64,000 nt of DNA. Source: an uncultured delta proteobacterium (GTDB lineage Bacteria; Myxococcota_A; Polyangia; Fen-1088). The DNA is taken from the NCBI GenBank assembly GCA_963796685.1, contig CAWCMR010000025.1, positions 384,001-448,000 on the forward strand. Reading direction: 5' to 3'. The notes under the pieces are model-generated. The model made no database searches. It was not told the DNA's origin and worked only from the letters and a program-made list of their open reading frames with translations. This document shows positions 10,040-23,102 of the stretch, piece by piece (within the stretch, counting starts at the first letter, position 1; each line of letters starts with the position of its first letter). The translations under genes were made by a program, and so were the position numbers.

Positions 10040-11708
10040 ATGCACAAATTGGGAGGGATTTCCCGCGCCATTCTTCTCTCGGTGCTGTGTGTAGCCGCCT
10101 CTGCCCTCTTTGCTCCGAGCACGTCGGCAAGCACCAATCAGTTCAAAGGTGTCAACTGGGCCGATTCGCGGGACAACTTCCAGGCTGGTGTCCTATACGT
10201 TTCTGGCCTCTCCTCGTCCGACACCTACGCGTCGGCGTTGGCCACGGGAAACAGCGTCATGGACCAGTTCGTGTCGAAGCTTGGCGCGAACGCCGTCCGA
10301 ATGCCCATCAACGAGGCGACCGTTTCGACCTTCTGGAGCACGTACACGGGCGCGATTGACGCGGTCCTTGCCAAGGGCGCGGTCGTGCTCTGCTACTGGG
10401 ACAGCGCCAAGAGCAACAAGCCCCCGGACATGAACGCATTCTGGAGCATGTGGAAGACCGTGGTCGACAAGTACGGCAGCAACGACAATGCCTACTTCGA
10501 AATCTTCAACGAGCCGAACATGTACAGCAAGACCGATTCTGGCTGCGCTCTACACGAGCTGGTTGACCCAATTCTCGACCGTGCCCAAGGCCAGGGTCAT
10601 TCTCGACGGAACCGGCAACGCGCAGAACGTTCCCGATATCGGCTCGGTCGCTTCGCTGGACGGCTGCCTGCTGGCCGTGCACGACTACAGCTTCTTTGGT
10701 TCGGATACTTGGACCACCGAATCGCAATGGGTCAGTCAATTCAAGGGCGAAGTCGGCACCTATTCCGACCGGACCGTGTGCACGGAATGGGGCGGCCCCA
10801 TGAGCCCGGGCAGCAAGAACGGGATCAGCTACGGATCTTTGGACTATAGCCAGTCTCCCACGAACTACTTCGAGGCCTACCTCCGCGGCATGAGCAGCCA
10901 GCTGCGCGCATGGGACATGGGAAGCTTCTACTGGCCCGGCCTCCGCGACGGCGACTGGTACAGCATGACGACCCGGAGCGGAACCGGCGCCAACCTGCAA
11001 CTTACGGTTTCGAATCAGTCCGGGTTGGCGCAGCTACAGAATGCGTGGACGGGCCCACCGCCAGGGACTGGCGGCACTTCCGGCAGCGGCGGCCGTGGCG
11101 GATCCGACGCAGGCTCCGGCGGAACCACCACAGTCGGCTCCGGCGGGACAACGACTACCGCCGCAGGAGGGAGCTCGGGCGCGGGCGGTACGTCGTCGGG
11201 AGGCACAGGCGGCGCCGCGGGGGCATCCGCCAGCTCCGGAGGAGCCGGCGGCGCCAGCGCTCGAGGCGGTGCAGATGCGGGCAGCGGCGGAGCGGCGGGC
11301 ACGACGGCCGGCGGAACCGGGGGTGTGCTTGGCACGGGTGGGACGACCGCGACGGGCGGCGTGACGACCGGCTCCGGCGGCACGATTGCCGCTACCGGTG
11401 GCAGCTTCGGGAGTGGAAGCTCCGGCAGAAGCGGCAGCGGCGGCGCCGGACAGGGTGGACTCAGCTCTGCCGGAACCTCGCCGGCAGCGGGGGGGAGCGG
11501 CTCGGGGTGCACGTGCAACATCGGGCTCGCGTCGCCTGTGAGCCTCGGCCGCCTGCCCTTGATGCTTGGCTTGCTCGGCCTGGTAACCTTACGACGTTTG
11601 CGGCGGCGCGGCCGCGCCTTACCGCGCGGCTGGCGGCGTTGGGGCTTGGCTCGCGGTTCTTCGCCCGCTGGTTTCTCACCTGGGCAGGGTAGTCGGTTGG
11701 TACCATAA
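10040..11708 (+). CDS. GH5-type glycoside hydrolase with a Gly-rich linker and MYXO-CTERM-like anchor; frameshift near 10537
   Basis: Signal peptide, FKGVNWAD, EIFNEP acid/base, CTEWG nucleophile; tail GCTC...hydrophobic...RRLRRR. Removing one T joins ORFs 9959 and 10488. Confidence 0.85.
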
Positions 11709-11720
11709 GGAAGCACCACC

Positions 11721-13265
11721 ATGAAAAAGCTACTCGCCGTCCTCTCTCTCGCCCTGTTCGCCATTGTGACCGTGGGTTGCGCCGGCAGTACGTCGGCCCC
11801 CGAGCCACGACAGAGCGGCGGTGCCACGGGCAGCGGCGGGTCCAGCCAAAGCGCGGGCGGAAGCCAAGGCAAGGGGGGCGGCTCCGGCTCGGGTGGCTCG
11901 GCCACGGGCGGCGTCACGGCGACCGGTGGCGGCGCCGGCAACGGCGGGGGCGTCGGCTCGGGCGGCACCAGCGCCGCGGGCGGAACGGCCGGCAGCGGTG
12001 GCAGCGCGGGCTCCGGGGGCACCAGCGCCTCCGGTGGACAGACCTCGGGAGGTGCCGGTGGCGGCGGTAGCAGCACGACCGGCGGTTCCGATGCCGGCAC
12101 CGGCCGCGATGGCTCGACCGCGTCGGGCGGGCGAGCCACGGGGGGCACGACGGGCGCCGGCGGCACGACGGGCACCGGCGGCACGACGAGCACCGGCGGC
12201 GCGACGAGCACCGGCGGCACGACCGGCCAGCTCACGCCCCAGGACGCGGTTAAGCTCATGTCGCCCGGCTGGAACCTCGGCAACTCGTTCGACGCGACCC
12301 CCAACGAGACGAGCTGGGGCAACCCCACGCCCAGTCAGACGCTGATCAAGGCGGTGCACGCGGCGGGGTTCAAGCTGCTGCGACTGCCTGTGGGCTGGAC
12401 CGACCACATCGGCGCCGGGCCCTCCTACACCATCGACTCGGCGTGGATGAACAAGGTCAAGCAGACCGCACAGTGGGCGGTCGACGACGGGATGTACGTC
12501 TTCCTCAACACGCACCACGATTCGGACGGCGGCAACGGCGGCTGGGTTTCGTTCCCCTCGACGACCTCGGCCGCACAGACGGTGGCGACCGAGGTCACGG
12601 CGGTGTGGACCCAGATCGCCAACGCCTTCAAACCCTTCGATGGCAAGCTGATGTTCGAGTGCTTCAACGAGCCCAACTACACGGCCGGCCGGAGCACCCA
12701 GGCGGAGATCGACCTCAACCTGTACCTCGAGGCGTGCTTCAAGGCGATCCGCGACACCGGCGGCGCCAACAGTACCCGCATCGTCATGATCCAGCCCATC
12801 GGCGCCAGCCCCATCCAGGCCGGGATCCAGAACATTCAAAAGGTCAGCTTCATCAATGACCCGAACCTGGTCATCTCGCTGCACACCTACTACCCGACCA
12901 ATTTCGGATTGAGCACGACGCCCTACGCGTGGGGTAGCGCGGCCGACTACACCGACATGAAGAATTCGCTCGCCCAGCAGATCCGCGTTTGGCTGCCCAC
13001 GCAGGTGATCTTCATCGGCGAATGGGGCTCGATGAACGCGCAGGCGGCCGCCACCCGGGCCGCACACGCCCAGGCCTATGGGCAGGACACGACGACCGCC
13101 AACGTCGTTCCCATCTGGTGGGACAACGGCGGCTCGGGCAGCGAATCCTTCGCGCTCTTCGATCGCAACAGCGCTGCCGTGACCCAGTCGGCGATCGTCG
13201 ATGGCCTGATGACGGGCGTAAAGAACGGCCTGGCGTCGCCCAACAACTGGGCGACCGGCCCGTAA
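11721..13265 (+). CDS. GH5 (GH5_4-like) endoglucanase lipoprotein
   Basis: Lipobox TVGC, Gly/Thr linker, GWNLGN, RLPVGW, NTHHD, NEP, HTY, GEWG, WWDNG. Confidence 0.92.
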   Translation: MKKLLAVLSLALFAIVTVGCAGSTSAPEPRQSGGATGSGGSSQSAGGSQGKGGGSGSGGSATGGVTATGGGAGNGGGVGSGGTSAAGGTAGSGGSAGSGGTSASGGQTSGGAGGGGSSTTGGSDAGTGRDGSTASGGRATGGTTGAGGTTGTGGTTSTGGATSTGGTTGQLTPQDAVKLMSPGWNLGNSFDATPNETSWGNPTPSQTLIKAVHAAGFKLLRLPVGWTDHIGAGPSYTIDSAWMNKVKQTAQWAVDDGMYVFLNTHHDSDGGNGGWVSFPSTTSAAQTVATEVTAVWTQIANAFKPFDGKLMFECFNEPNYTAGRSTQAEIDLNLYLEACFKAIRDTGGANSTRIVMIQPIGASPIQAGIQNIQKVSFINDPNLVISLHTYYPTNFGLSTTPYAWGSAADYTDMKNSLAQQIRVWLPTQVIFIGEWGSMNAQAAATRAAHAQAYGQDTTTANVVPIWWDNGGSGSESFALFDRNSAAVTQSAIVDGLMTGVKNGLASPNNWATGP

Positions 13266-13313
13266 CCGATGCGCATGGAAGCCAGTAATTTTCTCCGACG
13301 GAAGAGAGAGCCC

Positions 13314-14966
13314 ATGAATCCGTGGATGCTCACATCCATGCTGATGGCCGCGATGGCAATTGCGGGCGACGGTTGTTCTAGCAACTCGACACGTGCGAGC
13401 GGTGGATCCGGCGGTACGTCGAGCTCAGGTGGAATGAGCGACAGCGGTGGCTCGCCAGGCTCTGGAGGAAACACGAGCTCAGGGGGCCAACCACAAGCTG
13501 GCACGATGGGGCGAGGTGGGGCCGTGTCGGGAGGCCAGTCAGGAACGGCGGGAGCAAGCTCGACCGGGGGGCTGAGCTCCTCGGGGGGCCTCACCGGCTC
13601 GGGCGGAGCGAGCTCCGACGGCGGGAGTGGCGGCAAAGACGGCGGCAGCGGAAGCGGCGGGACCGACGCACGCAGCGGCACCGGCGGGTCAGCTATGGGC
13701 GGTGGAACGGGCACGGGTGGCGGTGCTAGAACTGGGACCGGCGCCGGGGGAAACATCGGCGGCACAACCGGCACGTCCCCCGCCAGCGGGGGCGTACCCG
13801 GCGCCGGCGGAACCGGTGCGGGTGGCACCACCGCCAGCTCTTCAGGGCCGCCCATGGGTTGGGCGTCGTGGAATAGCTTTGCCGCCACGATCACCTACAA
13901 CGTCATAAAGACGCAAGCGGACGCCATGGCATCAAGCGGGCTCGAGGCGGCCGGGTACCAATATGTCAACATCGACGAGGGTTGGTGGCAGGGCACGCGT
14001 GACAGCTCTGGCAAAATCACGGTCGACACGTCCGTTTGGCCGGGCGGGATGCAGGCCATCGCCGACTACATCCACGGGCTCGGACTCAAGGCGGGAATCT
14101 ATACCGACGCCGGGAAAGATGGCTGTGGCTACTACTACCCAACCGGGCGCCCAGCCGCGCCGGGATCCGGCAGCGAAGGTCACTACGACCAGGACTTTCT
14201 GCAGTTCTCGCAGTGGGGCTTCGACTTCGTCAAAGTGGACTGGTGCGGCGGTTCTTCGGAGGGCCTCGACCCGAAGACCGCGTACCAGGCGATCAGCAAC
14301 TCCATCGCCAAGGCTACCGCGCAGACGGGACGCCCCATGGTGCTCTCGGTCTGCGACTGGGGCAACGGGAGCCCCTGGAATTGGGCACCCAGCATGTCCA
14401 CGATGTGGCGCACGAGTCAGGACATCATCTACTACGGCAATGCGCCCGACATGGCCAAAGTCCTCTCCAACTTCGACTCTGCTCAACATCCGACCGCGCA
14501 AAGCCCGGGTCACTACAACGATCCGGACATGCTCATCGTCGGCATGTCGGGTTTCTCCCTGGCACAAAACCGAACCCACATGGCCTTGTGGGCAATCTCG
14601 GGCGCTCCCTTGTTGGCAGGCAACAAGCTGGACAGCATGAGCGCCGACACGAAGAGCGTCCTGACGAACGGCGATGTGATTGCGATCGACCAGGACCCAC
14701 TGGCCAAGCAGGGCTCCAAGGTCTCGGACAGCGGGGGACTACAGGTCTACAGCAAGCAGCTCTCGGGGACCGGACGTCGCGCCGTGCTTCTGCTCAACCG
14801 AACCACGTCGACAGCGACCATCACCGTGCACTTTTCCGATATCGGTCTAGGGGCGACCGCATCGGTGCGGGATGTCTGGGCGGGGACAGACTTGGGGAGC
14901 AAGACGACGAGCTATGCCGCCAGCGTTGCGTCCAACGACTCCGTGCTACTGATCCTATCGGAGTGA
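13314..14966 (+). CDS. GH27 alpha-galactosidase-family lipoprotein
   Basis: PPMGWASWN, NIDEGW, FVKVDWC, WRTSQD, NDPDML, AIDQDPL; C-terminal beta-sandwich. Confidence 0.92.
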   Translation: MNPWMLTSMLMAAMAIAGDGCSSNSTRASGGSGGTSSSGGMSDSGGSPGSGGNTSSGGQPQAGTMGRGGAVSGGQSGTAGASSTGGLSSSGGLTGSGGASSDGGSGGKDGGSGSGGTDARSGTGGSAMGGGTGTGGGARTGTGAGGNIGGTTGTSPASGGVPGAGGTGAGGTTASSSGPPMGWASWNSFAATITYNVIKTQADAMASSGLEAAGYQYVNIDEGWWQGTRDSSGKITVDTSVWPGGMQAIADYIHGLGLKAGIYTDAGKDGCGYYYPTGRPAAPGSGSEGHYDQDFLQFSQWGFDFVKVDWCGGSSEGLDPKTAYQAISNSIAKATAQTGRPMVLSVCDWGNGSPWNWAPSMSTMWRTSQDIIYYGNAPDMAKVLSNFDSAQHPTAQSPGHYNDPDMLIVGMSGFSLAQNRTHMALWAISGAPLLAGNKLDSMSADTKSVLTNGDVIAIDQDPLAKQGSKVSDSGGLQVYSKQLSGTGRRAVLLLNRTTSTATITVHFSDIGLGATASVRDVWAGTDLGSKTTSYAASVASNDSVLLILSE

Positions 14967-15091
14967 TTGGTGCTTCTGGGTTTCTGAACGCCATGCGGTG
15001 TCACGGTTTCTCCACGACCAGAGGGCGCTCGCCCCGATGCAAAAACGGCACCCATACGATTGCTTCGTGCGCGTGCTACTCTGCGCCGGTC

Positions 15092-16354
15092 GTGAACCCC
15101 ACGCTCGTGCCCTCTCGCCGTCTTCTTTCCACGCCTGTTGGCCTGGTAACGCTGGCCTTGCTCGCCTTCGCCTGCTCGACTGGTTCCGAGCCCGGGACGT
15201 CTCCACGTACGGGTGGCAGCGGTGGTACGGGTGGGAGCGCTGCCGGTGGTACGGGCGGCGCGCCGACTTCGTGCACGGGCTGCTTTTCAGGACCGCGGCT
15301 GACGGGGGTGAACTGGTTTGGGTTCGAGACCAGCAACTTCTCGCCCCACGGCTTGTGGGCACGCGACTACCGATCGATGTTGCGGCAGATCAAAGAGCTC
15401 GGCTTCAACAGCATCCGCCTGCCCTGGTGCAACGACATGCTGACCGCCAGCCCGAGCGGAATGCAGATCAATGCCTACGGCACCGACCCCTACACCGGGG
15501 AGCTGGGGCTCAACCTCGATCTCGATGGCCTGTCGTCCCTCGAGGTGATGGACAAGATCTTGGACGAGTGCAACCGCATCGGCTTGAAGGTCATCCTGGA
15601 CAATCACTCGCGCGCCCACGACGACTACATGAACGAGACGCTGTGGTACAAGGACGGCTACACCGAGGACGCCTGGATCGCGGACTGGGTCTCGCTGATC
15701 GACCGCTACAAGAACAATCCTGCGGTGGTGGCCGCGGATCTCAAGAACGAGCCCCACGGCAACACCACCACGGGCATGAAGCCGCCCGCCACCTGGGGCT
15801 ACGACGCGCAAGGCTACGGCAACACCGACTGGCGCAAGGCCGCCGCCAAGTGCGGGCAAGCCATCGTCGCGGCCAATCCGTCCATCACCGTCATCGTCGA
15901 GGGCGTCGAGAACTACCAAGGCGACAATTATTGGTGGGGCGGCAATCTGGAGGGCGTGGCCGACGCCCCCATCACCGAGATCCCGTCGGGCAACCTGTGG
16001 TACTCGGCGCACGAGTATGGCCCCGAGGTTTACAACCAGCCGTGGTTCCAGACGGCCGACTTTCCAAACAACCTGCAAGGCATTTGGGACAGCAAATTCT
16101 GGTTCGTGCAGAAGCAGAAGATCGCGCCGGTGTTCATCGGCGAATTCGGTATCAAGGAGGCCTCCGCCGCGGACCCCAGCTCGGTCCCGTACCAATGGCT
16201 GACCACCTTCATGCGAACAATCGGTGGCCAGGCCAGCTGGACCTTTTGGAGCATGAACCCGAACTCCGGCGACACCGAGGGCATTCTCAAGGACGATTGG
16301 GTATCGGTGAACGAGGCCAAGTACAACCTCATCAAGCCCTACCTGGCGCCGTAG
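15092..16354 (+). CDS. GH5_1 (E1-like) endoglucanase lipoprotein
   Basis: Lipobox AFAC, GVNWFGFET, PHGLW, GFNSIRLP, DLKNEPH, WWGGNL, YSAHEYG, IGEFG, NPNSGDT. Confidence 0.92.
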   Translation: MNPTLVPSRRLLSTPVGLVTLALLAFACSTGSEPGTSPRTGGSGGTGGSAAGGTGGAPTSCTGCFSGPRLTGVNWFGFETSNFSPHGLWARDYRSMLRQIKELGFNSIRLPWCNDMLTASPSGMQINAYGTDPYTGELGLNLDLDGLSSLEVMDKILDECNRIGLKVILDNHSRAHDDYMNETLWYKDGYTEDAWIADWVSLIDRYKNNPAVVAADLKNEPHGNTTTGMKPPATWGYDAQGYGNTDWRKAAAKCGQAIVAANPSITVIVEGVENYQGDNYWWGGNLEGVADAPITEIPSGNLWYSAHEYGPEVYNQPWFQTADFPNNLQGIWDSKFWFVQKQKIAPVFIGEFGIKEASAADPSSVPYQWLTTFMRTIGGQASWTFWSMNPNSGDTEGILKDDWVSVNEAKYNLIKPYLAP

Positions 16355-16408
16355 CTCGCGACCGACGCCAAGCCCGTGCGGCGGCATCGACCTCGAGTGG
16401 CGTCCCGC

Positions 16409-18283
<1,875 letters not shown>

Positions 18284-18341
18284 GCCCCTTCTATCGGCAC
18301 AACCTTTGCCGATCTGGAGGAGGCGAGCCGCCCGGCTCGCT

Positions 18342-20087
18342 CTACTGCGGATCGCGCGTTTGGAAGTGGGGCTCGTTGGCGAGATTCACGAACGCATCCA
18401 AAAGGCCGATTTTTCCCGATTGCAAGTCGGAAACCGAGCTCGCGCCCAGGCAGGATTGCGCCGTGCCGAAGGCGTAGGTGGCCAGGTAGTTGGCCACGCA
18501 TTGGTTGGCCTCCGGCACCTGGGCCAGATCCTTCGCCAAGTCTTCCTGTCCCGAAAAGGAGAAGGACTGAGCCCCCGCGATGGCCGGCGTGTACGTGCCC
18601 GAGGCGTCGATGGCAAGGCCACTCTCGGTTTCGCGGTATTGGCCGGCTTCGTTGAAATGCTCGAACCCGAAGCCCAGCGGGTCGAAGAGCTTGTGGCAGC
18701 TCTTGCAGGGCTCGACGCTTGCGTGACTGATTTCGTAGCGCTGGCGGGTCGTCTGCACGCCGGGCGCCGGCGGGGGAATGGGCGGAACGCCCGGGGGCGG
18801 GCTCGGCTTCGTCAGACAGAAGAGACGCGAGTAGGGAAACAACCCACGCTTGGTCGGCGACGACCCGTCCGACGCCGCGTGCACGGACAGGAAGGCCCCT
18901 TGCGCCAGAAGCCCGATTCCCCGCCCGGCCGGGCGGGTCACCGAATCGAAATCCGCCGTAGGCGTCGGAAAGCCGTAGAAGGTCGCCAGCGCCTTGGACG
19001 GGTTGGTGGTGGGCGCGGTCAGCAGGTCTTTGAGGCCGCCCTTGTTCTGGAAGACGACGTCGTCGATGAAGTGACGCGTTTCCTCGACCATGTCCGTGCT
19101 CAGCGCCGGGAAGTTCGACACATTGGTCTTCTGGATGGAGGTGACGTTGCTGTAATCGAAATAGGCGGCGAAGAACCGCTGAAGCGTCTCCTCGCCCGCG
19201 GAGGTCGCCATCATCGCCGCAGCCACCTTGGCCGGCGGATCCATCGACCCGCTCTCGGCCTTGGTCAGAAGATCGTCGGTTGGCGTGGTCCCCGTGTAGG
19301 TGTAGGCGAGCTCGGTCGCCACCTCGACCGGGGTGAGCTTGCGAACGTTTCCTTGGACCGCGCCAATCTCGCTGCGATAGATGGCGTTCGGGCTCTGGAT
19401 GAGCCCCACGGTCATCCATTTGAGGGCGGTCTTGAAGTCGGACTTCGCCAATGACTGGTCGAAGAACGCGAGGTAGCGATCGTGCTCGGATGACGTGAGC
19501 GTACGGCGGAACAAGCGGCGGCCGTACTTGTTCAGAAAGGACTCGGCGCAGGCGTGGTCGGCCGTGCTCGCCGAGCAGGGCAACAGTTGGGCCAGGGGTG
19601 TTCCGACCAGCGCCGTGGCCAACGATTGCGCGGTATCGAGAAGCCCGCTGACCAGTTGGGCGCCGACCGTCGCCTGCGCATCGTTGTCGAAACCGTAACT
19701 GGAGACACCGTTGGCCGGAAGCGACGCGGTCCACTGCCCCTTCACCTCGGGGAAGATGTCGTCGAGAGTATTCTGCAGCTCCCCGTTGGTGAGAAGGCGC
19801 AGCACAGGTGAGCCGTTCGCTGGCTGGGCACAACTTTGCGCATCTGACGACGACGTCGTACCGCCGCTGCCGAGGTCTCCCCCCGCACCCGACCCGACGG
19901 TGGATCCAGCGCTCCCACCTGCGCCCGACCCGACCAGGGATCCGCCGTTGCCGCCCGCGCCGCCCCCATGGACGCCTGCTCCACCGCTCCCGCCCGCTCC
20001 GCCGCTCCCGCCCGCGCGGATGACGGCGCTGGCCCGACACCCGACCAAGGCGCCCAGCAAGGCCAGTCCGAGCCCTATCCGCCTCAC
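18342..20087 (-). CDS. DUF1587/1595/1592/1588-type lipoprotein with a CxxCH heme-binding motif
   Basis: Lipobox LVGC, LRLLTNGELQNT, YGFDN, SPTKRG, TTRQR, CKSCH...DPLGFGFEHF. GTG start overlaps the upstream TGA. Confidence 0.88.
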   Translation of the reverse strand: MRRIGLGLALLGALVGCRASAVIRAGGSGGAGGSGGAGVHGGGAGGNGGSLVGSGAGGSAGSTVGSGAGGDLGSGGTTSSSDAQSCAQPANGSPVLRLLTNGELQNTLDDIFPEVKGQWTASLPANGVSSYGFDNDAQATVGAQLVSGLLDTAQSLATALVGTPLAQLLPCSASTADHACAESFLNKYGRRLFRRTLTSSEHDRYLAFFDQSLAKSDFKTALKWMTVGLIQSPNAIYRSEIGAVQGNVRKLTPVEVATELAYTYTGTTPTDDLLTKAESGSMDPPAKVAAAMMATSAGEETLQRFFAAYFDYSNVTSIQKTNVSNFPALSTDMVEETRHFIDDVVFQNKGGLKDLLTAPTTNPSKALATFYGFPTPTADFDSVTRPAGRGIGLLAQGAFLSVHAASDGSSPTKRGLFPYSRLFCLTKPSPPPGVPPIPPPAPGVQTTRQRYEISHASVEPCKSCHKLFDPLGFGFEHFNEAGQYRETESGLAIDASGTYTPAIAGAQSFSFSGQEDLAKDLAQVPEANQCVANYLATYAFGTAQSCLGASSVSDLQSGKIGLLDAFVNLANEPHFQTRDPQ

Positions 20088-21572
20088 GAAAGAGCCTCCG
20101 CGATCACTCCCGTGGTGTCGGGAAAGGAAACCGTTCCGGCCCCCATGGCCTTGGCCAGGGTCAGGTAAATGTCCGTGGCCGGACGGTTGTTGGTGGCCGC
20201 GGTATCGGGGCTCGTGGTCTGCGAGCGCACCACCTGCCCCGTCTTGAGCGCGCCCCCGCACTTGCCGATGGTCACCAGGGGAAGGTTGGTCGGCACCTGC
20301 GGGTATTCAATCTCGCTCAAGCGGGTGTGGTTTTGCCCGTCGCCGATCTCGCTCATCCAATAGATCACGGTGTTGTCGAGCACCTTGCTTCCCGGCGCGG
20401 TGGGATCGTCCGTGGTCGCCAGCACACTGACCACGTTGTCGACCAGTTGCTGCGCGAACCAGCGTTGCGCAGTGGCAAAGGCTTTGCGCGGGGCGGGATC
20501 GTAGTTGTCGATACTGACCGGCGAGTTGTACTGGGCGGTGGACACCGCTTGCGGCGAGGTGTGCGAAAGGCCGCTGTGGTGCGATCCCGGCGCGCCCGCG
20601 AAGCCGAAGTCGAAGTCGCACGTGGCGAACATGGGCATGAGCCCGATGATCTGGGCCGCGTTGCAGATGAGCGCCTGGGCCACCAGCTCCAGCTGGGCCT
20701 GCAAGATCGTCGGAAAATTCTTCTCTTGGTAGAAATAGTCGTTGCCGCCGCTCGGATCGACGACCAGACCCGCGCTGGCGGCCCGAACCTTCTCTACCGT
20801 GGGCAAGGTCGGGCGGGTGGTGCAGGTCGATTGGCCCGAGCCATTTCCGCTTCCCGAAAGCACGCCCTGGACGGCGTCGAGGTGCGCTTGCAGCTTCGTC
20901 TGTTCAGAGGTCAACCCCGCAAGGCTCGACTGCAAGGTTTGGATTTCCGAAGCCGTCAGCTTCAGGAGATCCTGCCTCAGCCTGCACATCGGCATTGACC
21001 ACCGAAGCTCCGCCAAAGAGCGTGTCCGCGACCTTCACCGGATTCTTCTGGGGATCGATATACGACCCGTTCCAAAACAGCTTGCCGTTGGTGTCGATGC
21101 CGTACGGCAAGTGTGAACAGGCGCCAAGGATCAAGGGATTGATCTTGAGCGCGCTCCCAATCACCTGCTCGAACGTCGTGCGCTGGGTGGTGTCGTCGAC
21201 GATCTGCAGGCCGGAGAGGCAGTTGACGATGCCTGAATGGCTTGCCGCCGCTCCCCGGTACTGAAAACCCTCGTAGACGTTGACATAGGATTTGTACTGC
21301 TGAAGCGGCCCCAGGATGCTGACGTTCGACTTGTCGAGATCGAAGCTCGTCAGGTCGGAGCCCGCGACTCTCGGGTTGTAGTGCTCGGGCGCAACGCCGT
21401 GGGGCATGAAAAACACGAAGAGACGCTTGGCGGGGGTCGTGGGCGCCGCCACCGCGACGCGCGCCAACCGGCCTGCTGCGGCGAGGGTGAGCCCCGCGCC
21501 CATCGCCTTCAAGAACATGCGACGTTCCACGCCACGGCTGGCGCGCAGCATTCTTGGGGATTCTTTGGGCAT
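20084..21572 (-). CDS. DUF1552-family Tat-exported protein; frameshift near 20981
   Basis: ERRMFLK Tat motif, KRLFVFFMPHG, KLQAHLDAV, HHSGLSH, VLDNTVIYWMSEIGDG..H. One extra base splits ORFs 21572 and 21016. Confidence 0.88.
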
Positions 21573-21818
21573 GGGATGGCTTTCTTCGACGGCCCACCCG
21601 AAGAAGCCAAGGCTCGCCCCGCGAGATCACGCGATCAGAGAACCCGGGGTAGAGATTCCAAAACGACTTCTCAGGACGCCGCCAACCGGGGACCAAGCGA
21701 GTACAAGGGAGACCTTGGGATGCACGAAGGCGGCTAAAGGTAACCGCAATTCGCGTGGCCCCATGGGCACCGGTCCAGTAGGTTCCACTCCCACCTGCCC
21801 CTGGCACCGCGATCGAAG

Positions 21819-22985
21819 CTAAGGCCCACAGCCAATGGGCGTGGTGGAGAGCGCCACATCGTCGATCCACAAATCGGTTTCCACGTTGCTGAAGCTCTGC
21901 CAGCCGAACACGGCTTGCACGAACTTGCCGCTGAGGAAGGTAGCCCCTGCGGCCTGGTGCTCCCATTGGTCCGGCGCGGTGACGGAGAAGACCAGGGTAC
22001 CGTTGGCATAGGCCAAAACCTGGTGCTGAGGCAGATCGCCGAGAAACGCGACCTCGACGCAAACCCAATCGTTGGCGGGGATGACCTGGCCCTTGCCCCA
22101 TTGGGTGTCCACGGGGGAAATGTCGTCGGTGGGGACTTCGTTGACCCCGAGGGTGCCCTTGATCTCCCCGAAGCGCACCTCGTTGTCCGCGCCGCTTGGA
22201 TTCTTGCGCAGCACGAACAGGCTTTCGTGGTTGGACGTGTTCGGGTCGTGCATGCCGAGCGGCCGGGTCATGTACACGAAGGCGCGCATGTAGAGGCGCG
22301 TAAGGCCCGTGGGCAAGGTCTTGCCGATCTGCGCGGGCGACGATCCGCCGTGCACGTGGACGGACTTCTTTCCGCTGTGTGCGCGGGTCTCGTCCACCAA
22401 CGCCAGGGTCGTACCGCTGGGGTTCTGTCCATTGAGGTTGTAGGCGATGAACGCGTCGAAACCACCGGGGACGCTGCCCGTGGTATCTGCTTCGAAATCA
22501 TCGCTGAAGAACGGGGTCGGGCTGGCGCCGCCCGAGCCGCCGGCGCTCGATGCACCGCCAACGCCCGCCGCACCGCCGCTGCCCGCCGCGCCACCGCTGC
22601 TCGGTGTTCCGCCAGTGTCCGTCGCGCCGGTGCTCGTGCCAGCCACACCTCCATCGCCCATTACACCGCCAGTGTCGGTCGTACCGCCAGCGCTCGTCGC
22701 GCCGCCAGTGCCAGTCACACGACCAGCGCTCGTCGCGCCGCCAGTGCCAGTCACGCCACCAGCGCTCGTCGCACCGCCGGTGCCGGCCACGCCGCCCGTG
22801 ACCATCGCGCCGCCGGTGCTCGTTGCCCCGCCGGCGCTCGTCGCGCCGCCAGCCACGATTTGGCCACCTGTCCCCGACAGGCCGGCATCGCGCTTGGAAG
22901 AGCTCGATTGGCAATCGGCTGCCAACGCCAAGCCGAGCAGCAACGAGGCTCCGCCGTAGAACCTTGCGCTTCGTGAGCTTGCCAT
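21819..22985 (-). CDS. Lipoprotein with a Gly/Thr linker and a Cip1-like beta-jelly-roll domain
   Basis: DDFE, RAHSGKKSV, LYMRAFV, NHE, EVRFGE, WVCVE, LWIDDVALSTTPIGC. Confidence 0.7.
   Translation of the reverse strand: MASSRSARFYGGASLLLGLALAADCQSSSSKRDAGLSGTGGQIVAGGATSAGGATSTGGAMVTGGVAGTGGATSAGGVTGTGGATSAGRVTGTGGATSAGGTTDTGGVMGDGGVAGTSTGATDTGGTPSSGGAAGSGGAAGVGGASSAGGSGGASPTPFFSDDFEADTTGSVPGGFDAFIAYNLNGQNPSGTTLALVDETRAHSGKKSVHVHGGSSPAQIGKTLPTGLTRLYMRAFVYMTRPLGMHDPNTSNHESLFVLRKNPSGADNEVRFGEIKGTLGVNEVPTDDISPVDTQWGKGQVIPANDWVCVEVAFLGDLPQHQVLAYANGTLVFSVTAPDQWEHQAAGATFLSGKFVQAVFGWQSFSNVETDLWIDDVALSTTPIGCGP
22666..22845. repeat. Imperfect 18/36-bp tandem repeat encoding a GGATSA/GGVTGT linker
   Basis: Recurrent ccgccagtg...agcgctcgtcgcg units. 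Confidence 0.85.
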
Positions 22986-23102
22986 CGCGAAAGCATAAGC
23001 GGCGCCGACGAGGTGCCAAACGGAAAATCGGACCTTGTCGGGTCGATTTAACGCCGCACGACTGCTAAACCAACCACTTCGGAGTGTCCTTGGGAGGATT
23101 CG

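Noticed and set aside
14036-15091. N-terminal extension of the 772-aa GH5 ORF (likewise extensions of 21819..24176 and 23144..25327)
   Set aside because: They overlap real genes; signal peptides and -10 elements place the true starts downstream.
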